Source: Candidatus Kapaibacterium sp.
GTDB taxonomy: Bacteria > Bacteroidota > Ignavibacteria > Kapaibacteriales > UBA2268
Direction of reading: 5' to 3'
DNA: 64,000 nucleotides
NCBI GenBank assembly: GCA_963664875.1
Contig: OY761611.1
Span: forward strand, 3,200,001 to 3,264,000
Each line of letters opens with the position of its first letter. Within the stretch, counting starts at the first letter, position 1. The translations under genes and the position numbers were made by a program. The notes under the pieces were generated by a model, which was not told the origin of the DNA, did no database searches, and saw only the letters and a program-made list of their open reading frames with translations. Positions 40,050-53,300 of the stretch are shown in pieces.

Positions 40050-41990
40050 ATGGCGTTGAGATTAGCAGATTTTGGAATTGTTCGTGTTGCGACTATAGCT
40101 CCGGAGCTTAAAGTTGCTGATATTGACTATAATATAGATAAGATAATGGAGGCAGCTTCGGATGCAGCCAATAACGGAGCAAACATTGTGCTGTTCCCTG
40201 AGTTAGCAGTTACAGGCTACACTTGCGGTGATTTGTTTTTCCAGCGCGATTTTGTGAAGGCAGCGGAGCAGTCTCTTTTAGACCTTGCTGAGTTCACATC
40301 CGGCAGCGGAGTTACTCTTATTGTCGGAGTGCCTGTGGAAGATAGTGGCAAGCTTTTTAACTGTGCTGCTGTTATTTCGCAGGGAAGCATTTTAGGGATC
40401 ATCCCAAAATCGTTTTTGTGCAATACATCACAATATTACGAAGAAAGATGGTTCTCTGCTGCACGCGATTCTGTCTCAACAGAGATAATTATCGGTGATT
40501 TTGATGTTCCATTTGGAACTGATATGCTGTTTGAAAACGAGCTTGTATCGGGATTGCGATTTGGAGTAGAAATATGCGAAGACCTTTGGGCAGTAACCCC
40601 ACCATCCAATTCGATGGCAGCTGCCGGAGCAACAGTCATCTTCAATCTTTCTGCCAGCGATGAATATATCGGCAAATATAGTAGCAGATTGGACATTGTA
40701 GCCCATCAGTCTATGCGTTGCATGGCAGCTTACGTGTATTCATCTTGCGGTGCTAATGAATCAACATCAGAACTGTTGTACTCCGGGGCGACTTTGGTTG
40801 CAGAAAACGGTGTAATAACAGCAGAAGGTGATAGATTTTCTTTCTCTACTGAGATATGCTATGCAGATATAGATATAGAAAGAATAATAAATCGAAGGAT
40901 GAAAAACAACACTTATGGTTCATCTCATCCTGATATAGATTATAGAATAATAGATGTAGAATTTTCCTATCGCGAGGTTAGCAAGCTGCTAAGCGAAGTG
41001 ACGCCCGATCCGTTTTTACCTAAGGAAGAAGATAAATCACAGTTTTTCGAAGAAATATTGAATATCCAATCCACAGCTTTGGCTCGTAGGATTCGTCATA
41101 TAGGAATAAAATCGGTAGTGGTGGGAGTTTCAGGCGGTTTGGATTCTACTATGGCTTTGCTGGCAATCTGTGCTGCATTCGATAAACTGGGGCTCGATAG
41201 AAAAGGCATTTATGCAGTTTCTATGCCCGGCTTTGGTACCAGCAACAGAACAAAAAGCAATGCTGAGATACTTTGCGAATGTTTGGAAGTAAACTACGAA
41301 CTGATAGATATTACTGACTCTACAAGTGTGCATTTCAAAGATATAAAACACGATGAAAGTAATATTAACGTCGTATTTGAGAATGCTCAGGCAAGACGCA
41401 GGACTCACATCTTGATGGACAAGTCAAATCAGGTTGGAGGCATAGTAATCGGCACAGGAGACTTGAGCGAAATTGCACAGGGTTGGAGTACCTACAACGG
41501 CGACCAAATGTCTATGTATGGTATCAATGCAGGTCTGCCAAAAACTTTGATTCAGGCACTGATTGCATGGATAGCAGAATCAAAATTTAAGGGAACAACA
41601 GCAAAAGTACTTAAAGATATAGTTGATACACCTGTCTCTCCTGAATTGCTTCCTTTGGACAAAGAAGGTGATATCGAACAAAAGACAGAAGAGAAGATAG
41701 GGCCTTACCGTCTGCATGACTTCTTCTTATACTATATGATTATGTATTCCTTTGCTCCCGATAAAATATTTTTGTACGCAAATGAAGCCTTTGATGGTAT
41801 ATATAGCAGAGCCGAAATTAAAAAATGGCTGGCGTCTTTTTATAGGCGGTTTTTCTCACAACAATTTAAGAGATCGAGCATGCCCGATGGTATCAAAATA
41901 TCGGAAGTTTCGCTTTCTCCGAAAGCTGATTGGAGAATGCCGAGCGATGCTTCTTTGAATTGGTGGATGAAAATAATTGAACAACTCTAA
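40050..41990 (+). CDS. nadE: Glutamine-dependent NAD+ synthetase
   Basis: Nitrilase domain FPE/PK/EICED; SGGLDS, ENAQARRR, GTGDLSE, SPELLP, QFKRS. Confidence 0.97.
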   Translation: MALRLADFGIVRVATIAPELKVADIDYNIDKIMEAASDAANNGANIVLFPELAVTGYTCGDLFFQRDFVKAAEQSLLDLAEFTSGSGVTLIVGVPVEDSGKLFNCAAVISQGSILGIIPKSFLCNTSQYYEERWFSAARDSVSTEIIIGDFDVPFGTDMLFENELVSGLRFGVEICEDLWAVTPPSNSMAAAGATVIFNLSASDEYIGKYSSRLDIVAHQSMRCMAAYVYSSCGANESTSELLYSGATLVAENGVITAEGDRFSFSTEICYADIDIERIINRRMKNNTYGSSHPDIDYRIIDVEFSYREVSKLLSEVTPDPFLPKEEDKSQFFEEILNIQSTALARRIRHIGIKSVVVGVSGGLDSTMALLAICAAFDKLGLDRKGIYAVSMPGFGTSNRTKSNAEILCECLEVNYELIDITDSTSVHFKDIKHDESNINVVFENAQARRRTHILMDKSNQVGGIVIGTGDLSEIAQGWSTYNGDQMSMYGINAGLPKTLIQALIAWIAESKFKGTTAKVLKDIVDTPVSPELLPLDKEGDIEQKTEEKIGPYRLHDFFLYYMIMYSFAPDKIFLYANEAFDGIYSRAEIKKWLASFYRRFFSQQFKRSSMPDGIKISEVSLSPKADWRMPSDASLNWWMKIIEQL

Positions 41991-42020
41991 GATTATGGAA
42001 AAAAATGGAATAGGTGATTG

Positions 42021-42674
42021 ATGGAAATTTTTAGTGAAGAAAACCCTCTTAGAATTATATTAGCTGATGACCACGAAGTAGTCCGAGCAGGTTTGCGTAG
42101 GATACTGTCAATTGATAAATCTATAAAAATCATGGGTGAAGCCTCTAACGGTGCAGAAGCAGTCGAGCTGGTAAAATATCACAAACCTGATGTGGCTCTT
42201 CTGGATATACTTATGCCAGTGCAATCAGGAATAGAAGCAACTGAGGCAATCAAAAAATTAGTACCAGAGACATTGATTCTGATGTTGACTGCCTTTGAAG
42301 ATTCGCAACACGTAGAGCTTGCTGTGGCAGCAGGTGCTGACGGATATCTAACTAAAGATATCGACGCCAAAGAGCTTGTTCGCTCTATACACAGACTAAT
42401 CAAAGGCGAAAGGGTATTCAGCAAAAATATAATCAATATAATACAGAAGAAGTATATACCCGATTACGACACAACACCCGAAGCGATAGTAATCACAAAA
42501 CGTGAGCAGCAGGTACTTAATTTGGTTGCGGTCGGCAAAACTTCAGCAGAAATAGCAGATGAATTAAATGTTTCAATAAGGACTGTAGAATCACACAGAT
42601 ATAATCTGATGCAAAAACTCGGAGTAAAAAACACTGCAGGATTAGTTAGGTATGCTGTACTTAAAAGTACTTAG
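42021..42674 (+). CDS. NarL/FixJ-family response regulator
   Basis: LADDH, LLDILMP, GADGYLTK; LuxR HTH ITKRE..IADELNVSIRTVESHRYNLMQKL. Confidence 0.96.
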   Translation: MEIFSEENPLRIILADDHEVVRAGLRRILSIDKSIKIMGEASNGAEAVELVKYHKPDVALLDILMPVQSGIEATEAIKKLVPETLILMLTAFEDSQHVELAVAAGADGYLTKDIDAKELVRSIHRLIKGERVFSKNIINIIQKKYIPDYDTTPEAIVITKREQQVLNLVAVGKTSAEIADELNVSIRTVESHRYNLMQKLGVKNTAGLVRYAVLKST

Positions 42675-42698
42675 CAAATGTTACGTAGTCTGCAAAAT

Positions 42699-42714
42699 TA
42701 GGTAGTATTACCTA
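42699..42714. promoter_or_regulatory. Palindromic operator candidate TAGGTAgtatTACCTA
   Basis: Perfect 6-4-6 inverted repeat just upstream of a TAnnTTTG element; similar site at 57311-57326. Confidence 0.45.
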
Positions 42715-42888
42715 TTTTATCCTTGTATTGTAGTTACTATTTTTGTAATGTCAGTAATTATTGTTCCTCTAAGTCAAAATTGCTGAAAACAAATAAAATT
42801 TTAGTCTATCTTAAATGGTGAATATAATTAGTGGCACGGTTTTTCGTCCATGTGTGTATTACTAAAACTACAAATCGGATAAATAGTG

Positions 42889-44376
42889 ATGAATAAGATA
42901 TTTACAGCTTTTATATTGTCTTTTTTTATGAGTGCATTGGCACATTCGCAGACGGAAAATGTAGGGATAGGCACTAACTCTCCGGACAATTCCGCCGTGT
43001 TGCATGTAGCTTTTGATGCCATCACCGGACCAAAAGGTTTGCTTATTCCTCGCATGTCCACTGCTCAAAGAACGTCAATTCCGGCACCTTTAGCAAACGG
43101 ACTTCTAATCTTTAATACTGATAATAATCAATTCGAATTTTACAACTCGTCAACAACAAGTTGGTTGCCTTTGCTAAGTACAAGTAATTTGGCCCTCCCT
43201 TCAGGTAATATTTTTGTCGGCAACGGATCAAATATTGCAACTGCAGTTTCTATGAGTGGCGACGCCGTGATTACAAATACAGGTGTGCTGACCATTCAGG
43301 ATAATTCAATCGACGGTAGCGATATTTCTATAGCTGGCGAAGCACTTGGCTCTTTAGCATATTATAATGGTACCGACTGGGTTACTCTTGCTGCAGGGAA
43401 TAATGGGGACTTACTTGCTGTTTCTGCAGGCGTACCCGCATGGCAGAATGATAATTCCGTATCTGCTACTCTCAGTGCAGGTAATATATATGTCGGTAAC
43501 GCAACAAATGTTGCCACCGGAGTCGCAATGAGTGGCGATATTTTAATGGATGCAACCGGGCTTACAACTATTCAGGATGGTTCAGTTGATGGTAATGATT
43601 TGAGTTTGGCAGCTCAGGCGAGTGGTTCTCTCACTTACTATAACGGGACAGAATGGGTAACTCTTGGAGTAGGTACAGATGGACAGTTTCTTTCTTTGTC
43701 AGGTGGCGGTGTTCCTGTCTGGGCAGATGTTGCAGGCGGGAGTGGAAGCTTAAATGATGCATATACAAACGGACAGTCTATAACCTTGGCTCCTGCAAAT
43801 GGGAGTGTAGTTATAGCCGGTACTCTCGATGGTGATGCTGCACTTGAGCTTTCTAACAATGGTACAAATGGTATTGGTTTATTAGTAACCGACGGACTTT
43901 CAAGGTTTGGCAATACATATACAGTTACTCAGGCTACAGGCACAGGAGATTTAGTAGTTGATAATGTTTTAGAAGTTGGTGCTGATGTTTATCTTCCCAA
44001 TACTCAAGTTGCACCAAATTTAAATAACGTGTCAATAGTAGTTGATAACGTAACCGGTATTTTATACAAAGAAGTTTCTTCTCGTCGCTATAAAGATAAT
44101 ATCAAAGAATATAAATTTGCTTTCGATAGAGTTTTAGATGCATCTGTGAAAGAATATACCATAAAAGGTAGCAAAGCAAAGCAGATTGGTCTTATTGCGG
44201 AAGAGTTGGACTCACTTGGGCTCAAATACCTCGTTGCCTACGACAAAGACGGCAGACCTGATGCGGTTCATTACTCTAAAGTGTCTTTATATCTATTAGA
44301 AGTAGTAAAACAACAGCAAAAAGAAATAGAATCTTTACGCTCAGAAATAGAAAGTATCAAAGAAAAGATTAAATAG
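42889..44376 (+). CDS. Secreted tail-fibre-like protein with peptidase S74 intramolecular chaperone
   Basis: Signal ..AHS|Q; VGIGT..KGLLIPRM..GLLIFNT head; ~92-aa internal duplication; SSRRYKDNI..IGLIAEE..coiled-coil S74 domain. Confidence 0.88.
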   Translation: MNKIFTAFILSFFMSALAHSQTENVGIGTNSPDNSAVLHVAFDAITGPKGLLIPRMSTAQRTSIPAPLANGLLIFNTDNNQFEFYNSSTTSWLPLLSTSNLALPSGNIFVGNGSNIATAVSMSGDAVITNTGVLTIQDNSIDGSDISIAGEALGSLAYYNGTDWVTLAAGNNGDLLAVSAGVPAWQNDNSVSATLSAGNIYVGNATNVATGVAMSGDILMDATGLTTIQDGSVDGNDLSLAAQASGSLTYYNGTEWVTLGVGTDGQFLSLSGGGVPVWADVAGGSGSLNDAYTNGQSITLAPANGSVVIAGTLDGDAALELSNNGTNGIGLLVTDGLSRFGNTYTVTQATGTGDLVVDNVLEVGADVYLPNTQVAPNLNNVSIVVDNVTGILYKEVSSRRYKDNIKEYKFAFDRVLDASVKEYTIKGSKAKQIGLIAEELDSLGLKYLVAYDKDGRPDAVHYSKVSLYLLEVVKQQQKEIESLRSEIESIKEKIK

Positions 44377-44398
44377 TACTTTTTGCACAAAAAAAAAT

Positions 44399-47300
44399 AT
44401 GCTAAAAAACAAAATAATATATATAATCATTATTTTGCTTATGCCTTTAGGTTTTCTCCAAGGCCAGAGCAATTTGATAAATCTTGGAAATAACGCCGTT
44501 GTTTCCGTGAGGGATAATGCCCTTATAAAAGTCAATGGCAATATAGTTGTTTCCACAGGTGCTGCTTTGACTGAAACTGGAGACAGCCGTATAAATGTAA
44601 CAGGTGACCTTGAAAATAACGGAACAATAGACTCCGATGCCGGCGAAATATCGTTTGTTGGTGCAGGCGATAGTGAAATCAAAGGAAGTGTCTCGCCAAA
44701 TTTGAATGATGTAACTTTAAATAAAGACAACTCTACAGACAATCTTTTTCTTGATAACAATGCAAATCTTACCGGAGATTTATCTGTAAATTCCGGTATT
44801 TTCCAGTTTGTCAATACTCAGGCAAGAGCACTCGATGTAGATGGGAGCTTGTCCATAGCGGCTGCAGGTCAGATAAATGTGCAGTCTTCTTTCAGGACGC
44901 ACAATTTCAATCTCGCAGGCAATTTGACTAACAACGGCATTTTAGACTTCCATGTTTTAAATGGCAACGTAACTCTCACTTTTGATGGCTCAGGAAATTC
45001 TATTATATCGGGTACGGGAGCTACAACTGATTTTGCATCCATTATTGTCAATAAGGCAAATCCTACTGACGAGGTACAGGTATCTCCTGCTGGTCAAAAT
45101 TTGACTAATTTCAATGCGATAGATGGATTTCTTACTTTGACACAGGGTATATTCCATTTTCTTGGTCAAGGTGTACTTTCCTTTACGAATTCGTTTTTTA
45201 CTCCGTCTGCCAATCTTTATTATGTACCTTCAGGTAGTGGACTTTGGATTGAAAATACAGGAGTAACTGTTTCTGCTCAAGATGCATCTTTAGTTCTTGG
45301 TGGATTGCTCCGCATGAATGGTGGTAACTTTAATGTTGGTGCCGGTAGCTCAGAAAGAAGTATATTTTATACCGACGGTTCAGAGTTGCATTTAGAAGCA
45401 GGGAATATATATATAAGTAATGCATTATGCCGTGATTTACTTCAGGATAATTCTGCAATTACTTTTACAATGTCGGGTGGCGACTTAAGCCTTGGCTATA
45501 ACAGGGCTGTTGTGAATACCCGTGCAATATTCGATATAGGCTATTCAAATTCGACATTCAACTGGTCAGGTGGTGATATTACCTTACCATTGAATTCAGG
45601 TATTTTTGCAAATGGCGATTTTTATGTAAAAACTGTAAACGGTACCGTAACAGGCGGTAGATTAGTAATCGAATCAGCCACTGCAAACGACCTTTTGCAA
45701 CAGTTCTCCATAAACAGCGATATGCCTATAGGCGAATTGCTAATGACTACAGATAATAACCCAAGAGTTGATTTATTAGATGACTTGGTTGTGCTGGGTA
45801 ATGTTACATTAACCAATAGAGCTATAAGAGCTTCTTCTTATTCTCTTACCGTTGGTGGACAGTGGATAAATAATTCTGCAACTCCGGCTTCATTTGATTA
45901 CGGCTCGGGGAATGTAATCTTTAACGGTTCAACAGATCAGACCATAGGCGGTTCACAAAGTACTGATTTTAATCAGCTTTCTGCCAACAAAACCGGTGGA
46001 AACCTTATTCTAAATCATGATGTGAATATTGCTTCTGCTTTGAGATTGGTTTCGAATACTATCTTAGATATGCAGTCAAATGATATTACTATTGCTCAGG
46101 GAGCTGATATCTTTTCAGATTTTTCTACAAATCAGGATTTTTCTGACACTAAATATATTATGAATTCAGGTGGTGCAACAGGTGGTAGGCTTATAAGAAA
46201 TCTTCAGAACAATCCTACTCTCCCTATGTCCGAGTTTATAATATTCCCTGTTGGTACTCCCGGGGCATATACATTTGCATGGGTCAGACTTTTAAGCGGT
46301 ACTTACAATTCTAATCCGGGAATTATAGTCCGACCGATAGCACAAGAGCATCCGCAAGTAAAGAAAAACAATGTCTCGCTCACAAAGTACTGGGAAATTT
46401 CTACATTTGGTAATTTCTCGCCCGGAGTAGAGGGCACTACACTAAGATTCCTTTATGATCAGGCAGAAGTGCAGGGCTCAGAAGGTAACTATCACATTAT
46501 CAAGTACCTTGGTGGTGGCTGGGACTTTGATCCGGCTTTGAGTAATAATATTGATTTTGGTAATAATTTTATCAAACCTGAACGATTTTCTAATGATATT
46601 TCAGGGGATTGGACTGCGGGCGAAGAAGACGCAGTAGCCGCAAAATATTACAGCATTGCTGATGGCAACTTCAGCGATCCTAATACATGGTCTCGAACTT
46701 CTTATGGTGATTTGACTCCTGCTACGACTGCACCAAACAGTAATACAGATTTGGTATTTATCGGAGATGGGAAAACAGTTACTCTTACTGCAAATACTTC
46801 GGCTGCAAGAAGAATTCAAATCGACAGTACCGGTACTCTAATGTGCAATGACTATTTAGTAAGTTCAACTGTAGATACTTTACTACTGAAAGCAGGTGGC
46901 GGCATTGGTATTGGACATTCCGGTAGTATTGCATTATCTGCAAATGACGGTAATGTACGTGCAGGTTACAGATTCTACAGCGATGATGCAATGTACATTT
47001 TTACCGGTAACAATAACCAAAGTGTAAGAGATATTCCTGCGAGAGTAAGTGCATTAGTATTAAATAAGACTCAAAACTCAAATATTGTTACCTTGAATAA
47101 GAGTATCGTTATAGGCGACTCTTTAATCATTAACGAAGGTACTTTAGATCAGGTTAATGACAGCTACTTTATAGATGGCGAAGCCCCGGGTAAATTCTTT
47201 ACTATGCGTGGCGGAACTCTTATACTTAAAGATGAATTTCCAACTAACTACCTTCCTGCAACTATGGAAGGCGGTACGCTTGATTTCTTCGGGATTTCCG

Positions 47301-50300
47301 GCATCAATGTTCCGAGCAATACCAGCAGTCCTGCTGTTTTAAGATACAATAATCTGACTTTCAGAGGTAACAGAGGTTATAATAAAATTACCTTTAGTCC
47401 TTCTGGTCAAATCAATATTGCCGGAAATCTAAGTATCACCGGAGCAACATTTTCCAACTTCCCTGAGACATGGATTGCTACAAACGGCTCGACCATTGCA
47501 TTTATCGGTGACGGCAATCAGAATATACCAAGACTTTCAGGATTAAATAATCAATGGGGAAGATTGAATTACTATAATCTTGTTATTGGCGGAACAGGTG
47601 TAAAAACTATCAATGATAATATTGATTATGTAGTTACAAATAATCTTACCATCAATTCTGCCACTTTAAGAATGGCAAATGGTGGAAACGAATTAGAAGT
47701 TTACGGGAACTGGTTAAATACCGGTGGTGGTTTTGATTATGGAAGCAATCAGACCGTTATATTTAAAACTATAAGCGGCGACGAAAACACTATTGCTCCG
47801 AACAATGTTCCATTCTACAGAGTTGAAATTGACGGTGCAGGTACTGCAAGATTTATTGATGAAATGACCGTTGAAAATGAGATTCAAATCAATTCCGGTG
47901 CTACTTTCGCAGGCGGTAATGCTGCAACCTTACATGTACTTGGGTTGTGGGATAATAATGGTAATCAATTCTCTCCGGGCAATTCGACTGTTTCATTCGA
48001 TGGTAATGCTGCCCAGATTATAGATATAGCAAACTCAACAGAAGAAAAATTTTATAATTTGACAATTAATTCCGGAAACAATGTAGGAGCTTTTACAAAT
48101 GGTACTCCTACTGCAAACAGACTTTGGGTAGAAAACAATCTTCATTTGGAGCGAGGTTATCTATATTTACCAAATTCAGATGATTATATAAGAGTTGATG
48201 GCAACGCTACCCGCAATGCAACCAATAACAGCTCTGCTTTTGTGCATGGTAATTACAGACAATATATTGAAAGAGATGCTGCCACTTATTTCATTCCTGT
48301 AGGTTACGAAGCAGGAACTGATGCATTTACCGGAATTGAATTAGAAATGACCGGCACAGGTGGCACAGAAGGATATTTGAATATTTATACTGACAATGTA
48401 GCTGCTAACTCACCTCGATTCAATGAAATAGACAGGAAATGGGAAATAACGATTCCAACCGGCTCTACTTTTGACCTTGGGGTTAGAAATTATGATGTGA
48501 TTTTTAATTTCCATCCTAATGATGCTGTAGGATTCAATACTGCTGTGTTTGAGACAAGAAGAAGAACTGACGGTATTAACTGGATAGCTCCAAATACCGG
48601 GGTTAGAACTGCAACTTCAACTGAGTCTCTAAATAATAATACTCTTGCCGCTATTGGTGGAGTTACAGAATTTATTGTAGGTGAATCATCTTATTCAATC
48701 TTCTATTCTGTTAATAATGGTAACTGGTCTAATCCTGCTACATGGTCAACAGTTGGTTGGGGAGGTGCTCCTGAGGCAGTTGTTACTCCATTATCTACAG
48801 ACAGCATTAGGATTGCAGATGGTTATACTGTAACATTAGATGTCAATTTTACTATAGACATTGACAAAGCGGTAGTGGTTGAAACTGCAGGTTTGACAAA
48901 TACTCCCGGCAAGTTAGAATTAGGGACAAATCAGATAAATGGTACAGGTGCATTTGTTGTCAAATCCGGTGGTATTCTCGGAATAGGCGATGCAAATGGT
49001 GTTACAGCAGCTTCAGCAAGTGGAAATATCAGAACTTCTATAAGAGATTACAACTACAACAATGCAAATAAATCATATTTTGTATATAACGGAAATGTAG
49101 CGCAGGTAACAGGTGACGGGATTCCCGATGTTGTTGGCGGATTAGTCGCAAATTCTTCAGTGGGAGTTACTCTATCTAAAGCTGTTGCTGTAGCCGATAG
49201 CTTCCTTATTCAATCGAATTATTTAGATGCAAGTGCTTCTAATTACAAACTTACGATAGGTGCGAACTGGATAAACCAAGGCACTTTTGTTCCTCGAGCC
49301 GGCACTGTCGAATTTAACGGTTCTGTCGGAAAAGAGATTACAAATACAAATATCGAAACATTTTATAATCTGATTATCAATAAAGCATCCGGAAATGTTA
49401 CTATCACTGACAACAGTGTTACTGTAACTAACAATCTAACCTTTACCAAAGGCAACTTAGATGCTCGAACTTACAGTCAGTTTGTAACTATAGATAATGG
49501 AGCAACTGTAAACAGAACCTCCGGTCATGTTGATGGAGAACTAAGAAAGTACTTAGCAACGGGCGATTTGCCGGTAGCTACCTACGAAGTAGGATTTGGT
49601 ACAGATTATACTCCTGTTGTTATTGATGTAAACGGTACGGGAGGCACTGCAGGTTTCGCAGGAGTAATATCCAATGACGGAGATCATCCTCAGTTTTTAA
49701 CTGCCGCACTCAACCCATCCAAAAATGTCCAGAGATATTGGTCTGTGAATACATACGGTTTTGACCTCGGTGCAGGCAGAACTTATGATATTACTTTAAA
49801 TTATCTTTATCCTGATGATATTAGAGGCGGGGCAGATCCTAATCTCTTTGAAGTGAGAAGATATAATCTCGGCTGGAATATACCGACTACAGGTATTAGA
49901 ACCAACTCATCAACACAGGGAACAGGAATAACTGATTTTGGTATAGATTTTATGGTAGGCGAACCGGGTGGAAGCGGTAGAGTGTTTTATTCTATTGCCT
50001 CAGGCGCTTGGAATACTGTCGGGAACTGGTCTGAAATAGGCTACGGCGGTGTAGCTTCTGCTAATTTCCCTGACTTAAATACAGATATTGTTTTTATAGG
50101 TGATAACAAATATATCGATTTGGATGCAAGCAGACAGCTGACTGCACTTACAGTTGAGAACGGTGGGAAGATTAATTTCTCCACGAATGTAATTACAGGC
50201 ACACAGTTTACATTGAAAAAAGATGGTATCATCGAAGTCGCTTCTGCTTCAGGCATTACAAATGCAACAGCTGCAGGCAATGTTCAAACTTCCATAAGAA

Positions 50301-53300
50301 ACTATAATCACTCAAATCATAATTCAGCAAGAATTATCTATTCAGGTAATGCAGCTACCACAGGTGATGGTATTCCAACTGCTTTAGCAGATGTGATTTT
50401 CAATACAAGTGGAACTATATTGCTTGAAAAGGACATTACAGTATCCGATTCTGTTTTGATTAGTTCAGGTACACTTTCTGCAAATAACTTTGATATTACT
50501 TTGAGTGGCAATTTTGTAAATAACTCTGGCTTTGTTCCTACAGCTTCGTCACTTATGTTTGAAGGTGGCAATACTCAATATTTGACAGGAAGTTCTGCCT
50601 CAGATTTGAATATATTAGAGCTCAACAAATCAGCAGGCAATCTTAATCTTGGCAATGATATTACAATAGCCTCGAATATCAATTTTACGAGCAACACTAA
50701 AATTATTCTGAATCAGAATGATATTACTATTGCTCCAAATGCCTTAATATTAGGTACTTCGCTTGGCTCAAACCAAATGATAGTTGCAGATGGTACTCTG
50801 ACTTCAGGTAGAATCATAAAGCTTTTTGCAGATGGCATTGCTGCTACAAGGAATATAGATATTCCGTTAGGAATTGGTAATGCTTACTACGGTGTTGAAA
50901 TAGATTTAGTAGCAGACTTTAGCTCTGCTCAGATGGATATCCGAGTAATAAACGGAAAGCATCCAAACAGAAGAGCAGGCTACGAAAATGTACTCAATAA
51001 ATATTGGACTATCAATACAAGTGGTATTTCAAATATACAAGAAGTTGCAGGTACAAATTATAAATTCAATTATCTACCGAGTGATGTAAATGGCACAGCT
51101 GCGTTATACGGTGCTGCCAGATATACAGGTTTTGGCTGGGATATAGATCTTGGAGCTACTTCTTCTGCCACCCCTTCACCAATAGATATTAAACAATATC
51201 AAACTCTAAATGGAGAGTGGACAGCAGGCTATCCAAATTCATTTAGATCCGGACAGATATACTATTCAATCGGCACAGGCGATTGGGACAATAACTTAGT
51301 TTGGTCTAATGTGTCACATTCCGGGGATGCGTCTCGTTTCTATCCGGGTAGATTGGAAAATGACACTGTATATATAGCCTCGAATGATTTGATATATTAT
51401 AATGTTTCCTCTTCTACGATTGGTATTTTGTCAATTGGTGATGGTTCACAAGGGCGATTAGATTTTAATGATTCACAAGATCAATCTCTTAGAATCAAAG
51501 AGGATTTTATTGTTGGAACATCAGGTCAGATGGAACAGTATAGTTCCGGCAATAGAAGAGATACTATTTATATCGAAGGTAATATTACTAATAATTCTAC
51601 CACATTAGTTAATTTTGACCATGGCGGTTCGGATTACACAATTCTCAAAATAGTAGGAACCGGCAATACGATAGTTTCAGGTACAGGGAATTGGAATTTT
51701 TACGATGTCTATCTTAACAAAACCGGAGGTCTTGCAGACACTCTTATCAATCAATCTTCCGGCTTCACCAATCAATTAGACTCTGATATTGACAATGGTA
51801 GATTTTTCTATCTGCAGTCAGGTGTCTTTAGGCATGATATAAATCTTTCTCTTCGTTTAGATGATAATAATATTACAAATGATCAGAACACATGGCCTGA
51901 TCCAGACCCCTTAGATTTCAGAATGGGTGATAATGCCGGTATAGATGTTAAACAAGGTACTATTCGTATCTGGGATGATTTGCACGCCGGCACAAACAAT
52001 AGCTTTTTGATAGATGGTGGCAGTCTTCTTGTGGGAAATGGTAATAACGAAAACTTTGTATATGGATTAAATAATAAGTTTGAAATCAGAAGCGGCACGT
52101 TTACAGTTCCAGCATGCTTCACACCAATTGTTGACCCTACTACTTATGAACCGCAGGGCACTTTGGATATGATAATAGCCGGCGGAACTATAACTGTTAT
52201 GGATATTTACTCCAATCAGACCAGAAACATTTATGGATTTGGTTTGCTTCAAAGTTCTTCTTTGACTTGGACCGGAGGAACTCTTATTTATTCTAATCCT
52301 ACAAATGGTGGTTTTGACTACGTTGTAAAAACGGGTACTTGGAGTGTTACAGGAGGGACTCTGCAGTTTGGTGAGCCGGGTAACTGGTTAGGTGCCGGAC
52401 AGAGACACTCTTGGGGCTCTGTAACTCCGGTTTACAACCTAGTGATTAACGAATGTCGCCAGAGTAGCACCGGTAACTATAGTTCGTGTATCCTTGTTGA
52501 AAACGATAATAATGTCCTCAATGATGTAATAATTGAAAGTAATGGTGTTTTGGATTTAGATGGTAATAATCTCTTTGTACAAGGTAATTTTATCAACAAT
52601 GGTAGATTTACTACTGATGGCAGGGAATGGAATTCGGGTGGTACAAAAACAGTTACTTTGAATGGTACAGGTGACCAAATATTCCAAAATGCAAATAACT
52701 ATGTAAACGCTCAATCTTCAAGCTCTATGAATAATGAGCCTTTTTATAACTTGGTTATTGATAAGCCTTCCGGTAATGTTATTCTTGGGGATTATGCAAA
52801 TTCCTATTTGAATATTAGAAATACTCTGATATTTGCTGAGAACAACACTGCTGTCATAGAGGCAAGAACAAACAGTCATTATGTTGCGATGACACCTCGA
52901 AGCTCTTCCGGTGATTTGGAAGAAGTAACAAGGCTGGGTCTTGGGCATGTAGATGGTACATTAATTCGCAATTTTTACAATGGTTCTGTAGATTACAGAT
53001 ACTTCTATGTCGGTGCAGGAGATGATTATACACCTGCGGAAGTAGAATTTAACGGTTCTTTTACAAGTGGTCCGATAGATGTTACGGCATTTGGCACTGA
53101 TCCTGCCGGATTGCCTGATAATGATGAAGATATTGATTTGACCAGAAATATTCAACGTTATTGGAGTGTTGAGGATAATGGCTCGTTCAATCTTGGCTCG
53201 GCTGATTTTGATTTGACTTTGCATTTTATAAATCCTACTGACTTTAGAAACAGTTCCAACTGGACTCTTTATAAACACTTTAGATTTCCTTTACCTCCGG

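Noticed and set aside
42889-44376. Prophage or tailocin
   Set aside because: The S74 gene has a signal peptide, and no capsid, sheath, tube, baseplate or integrase genes are present.
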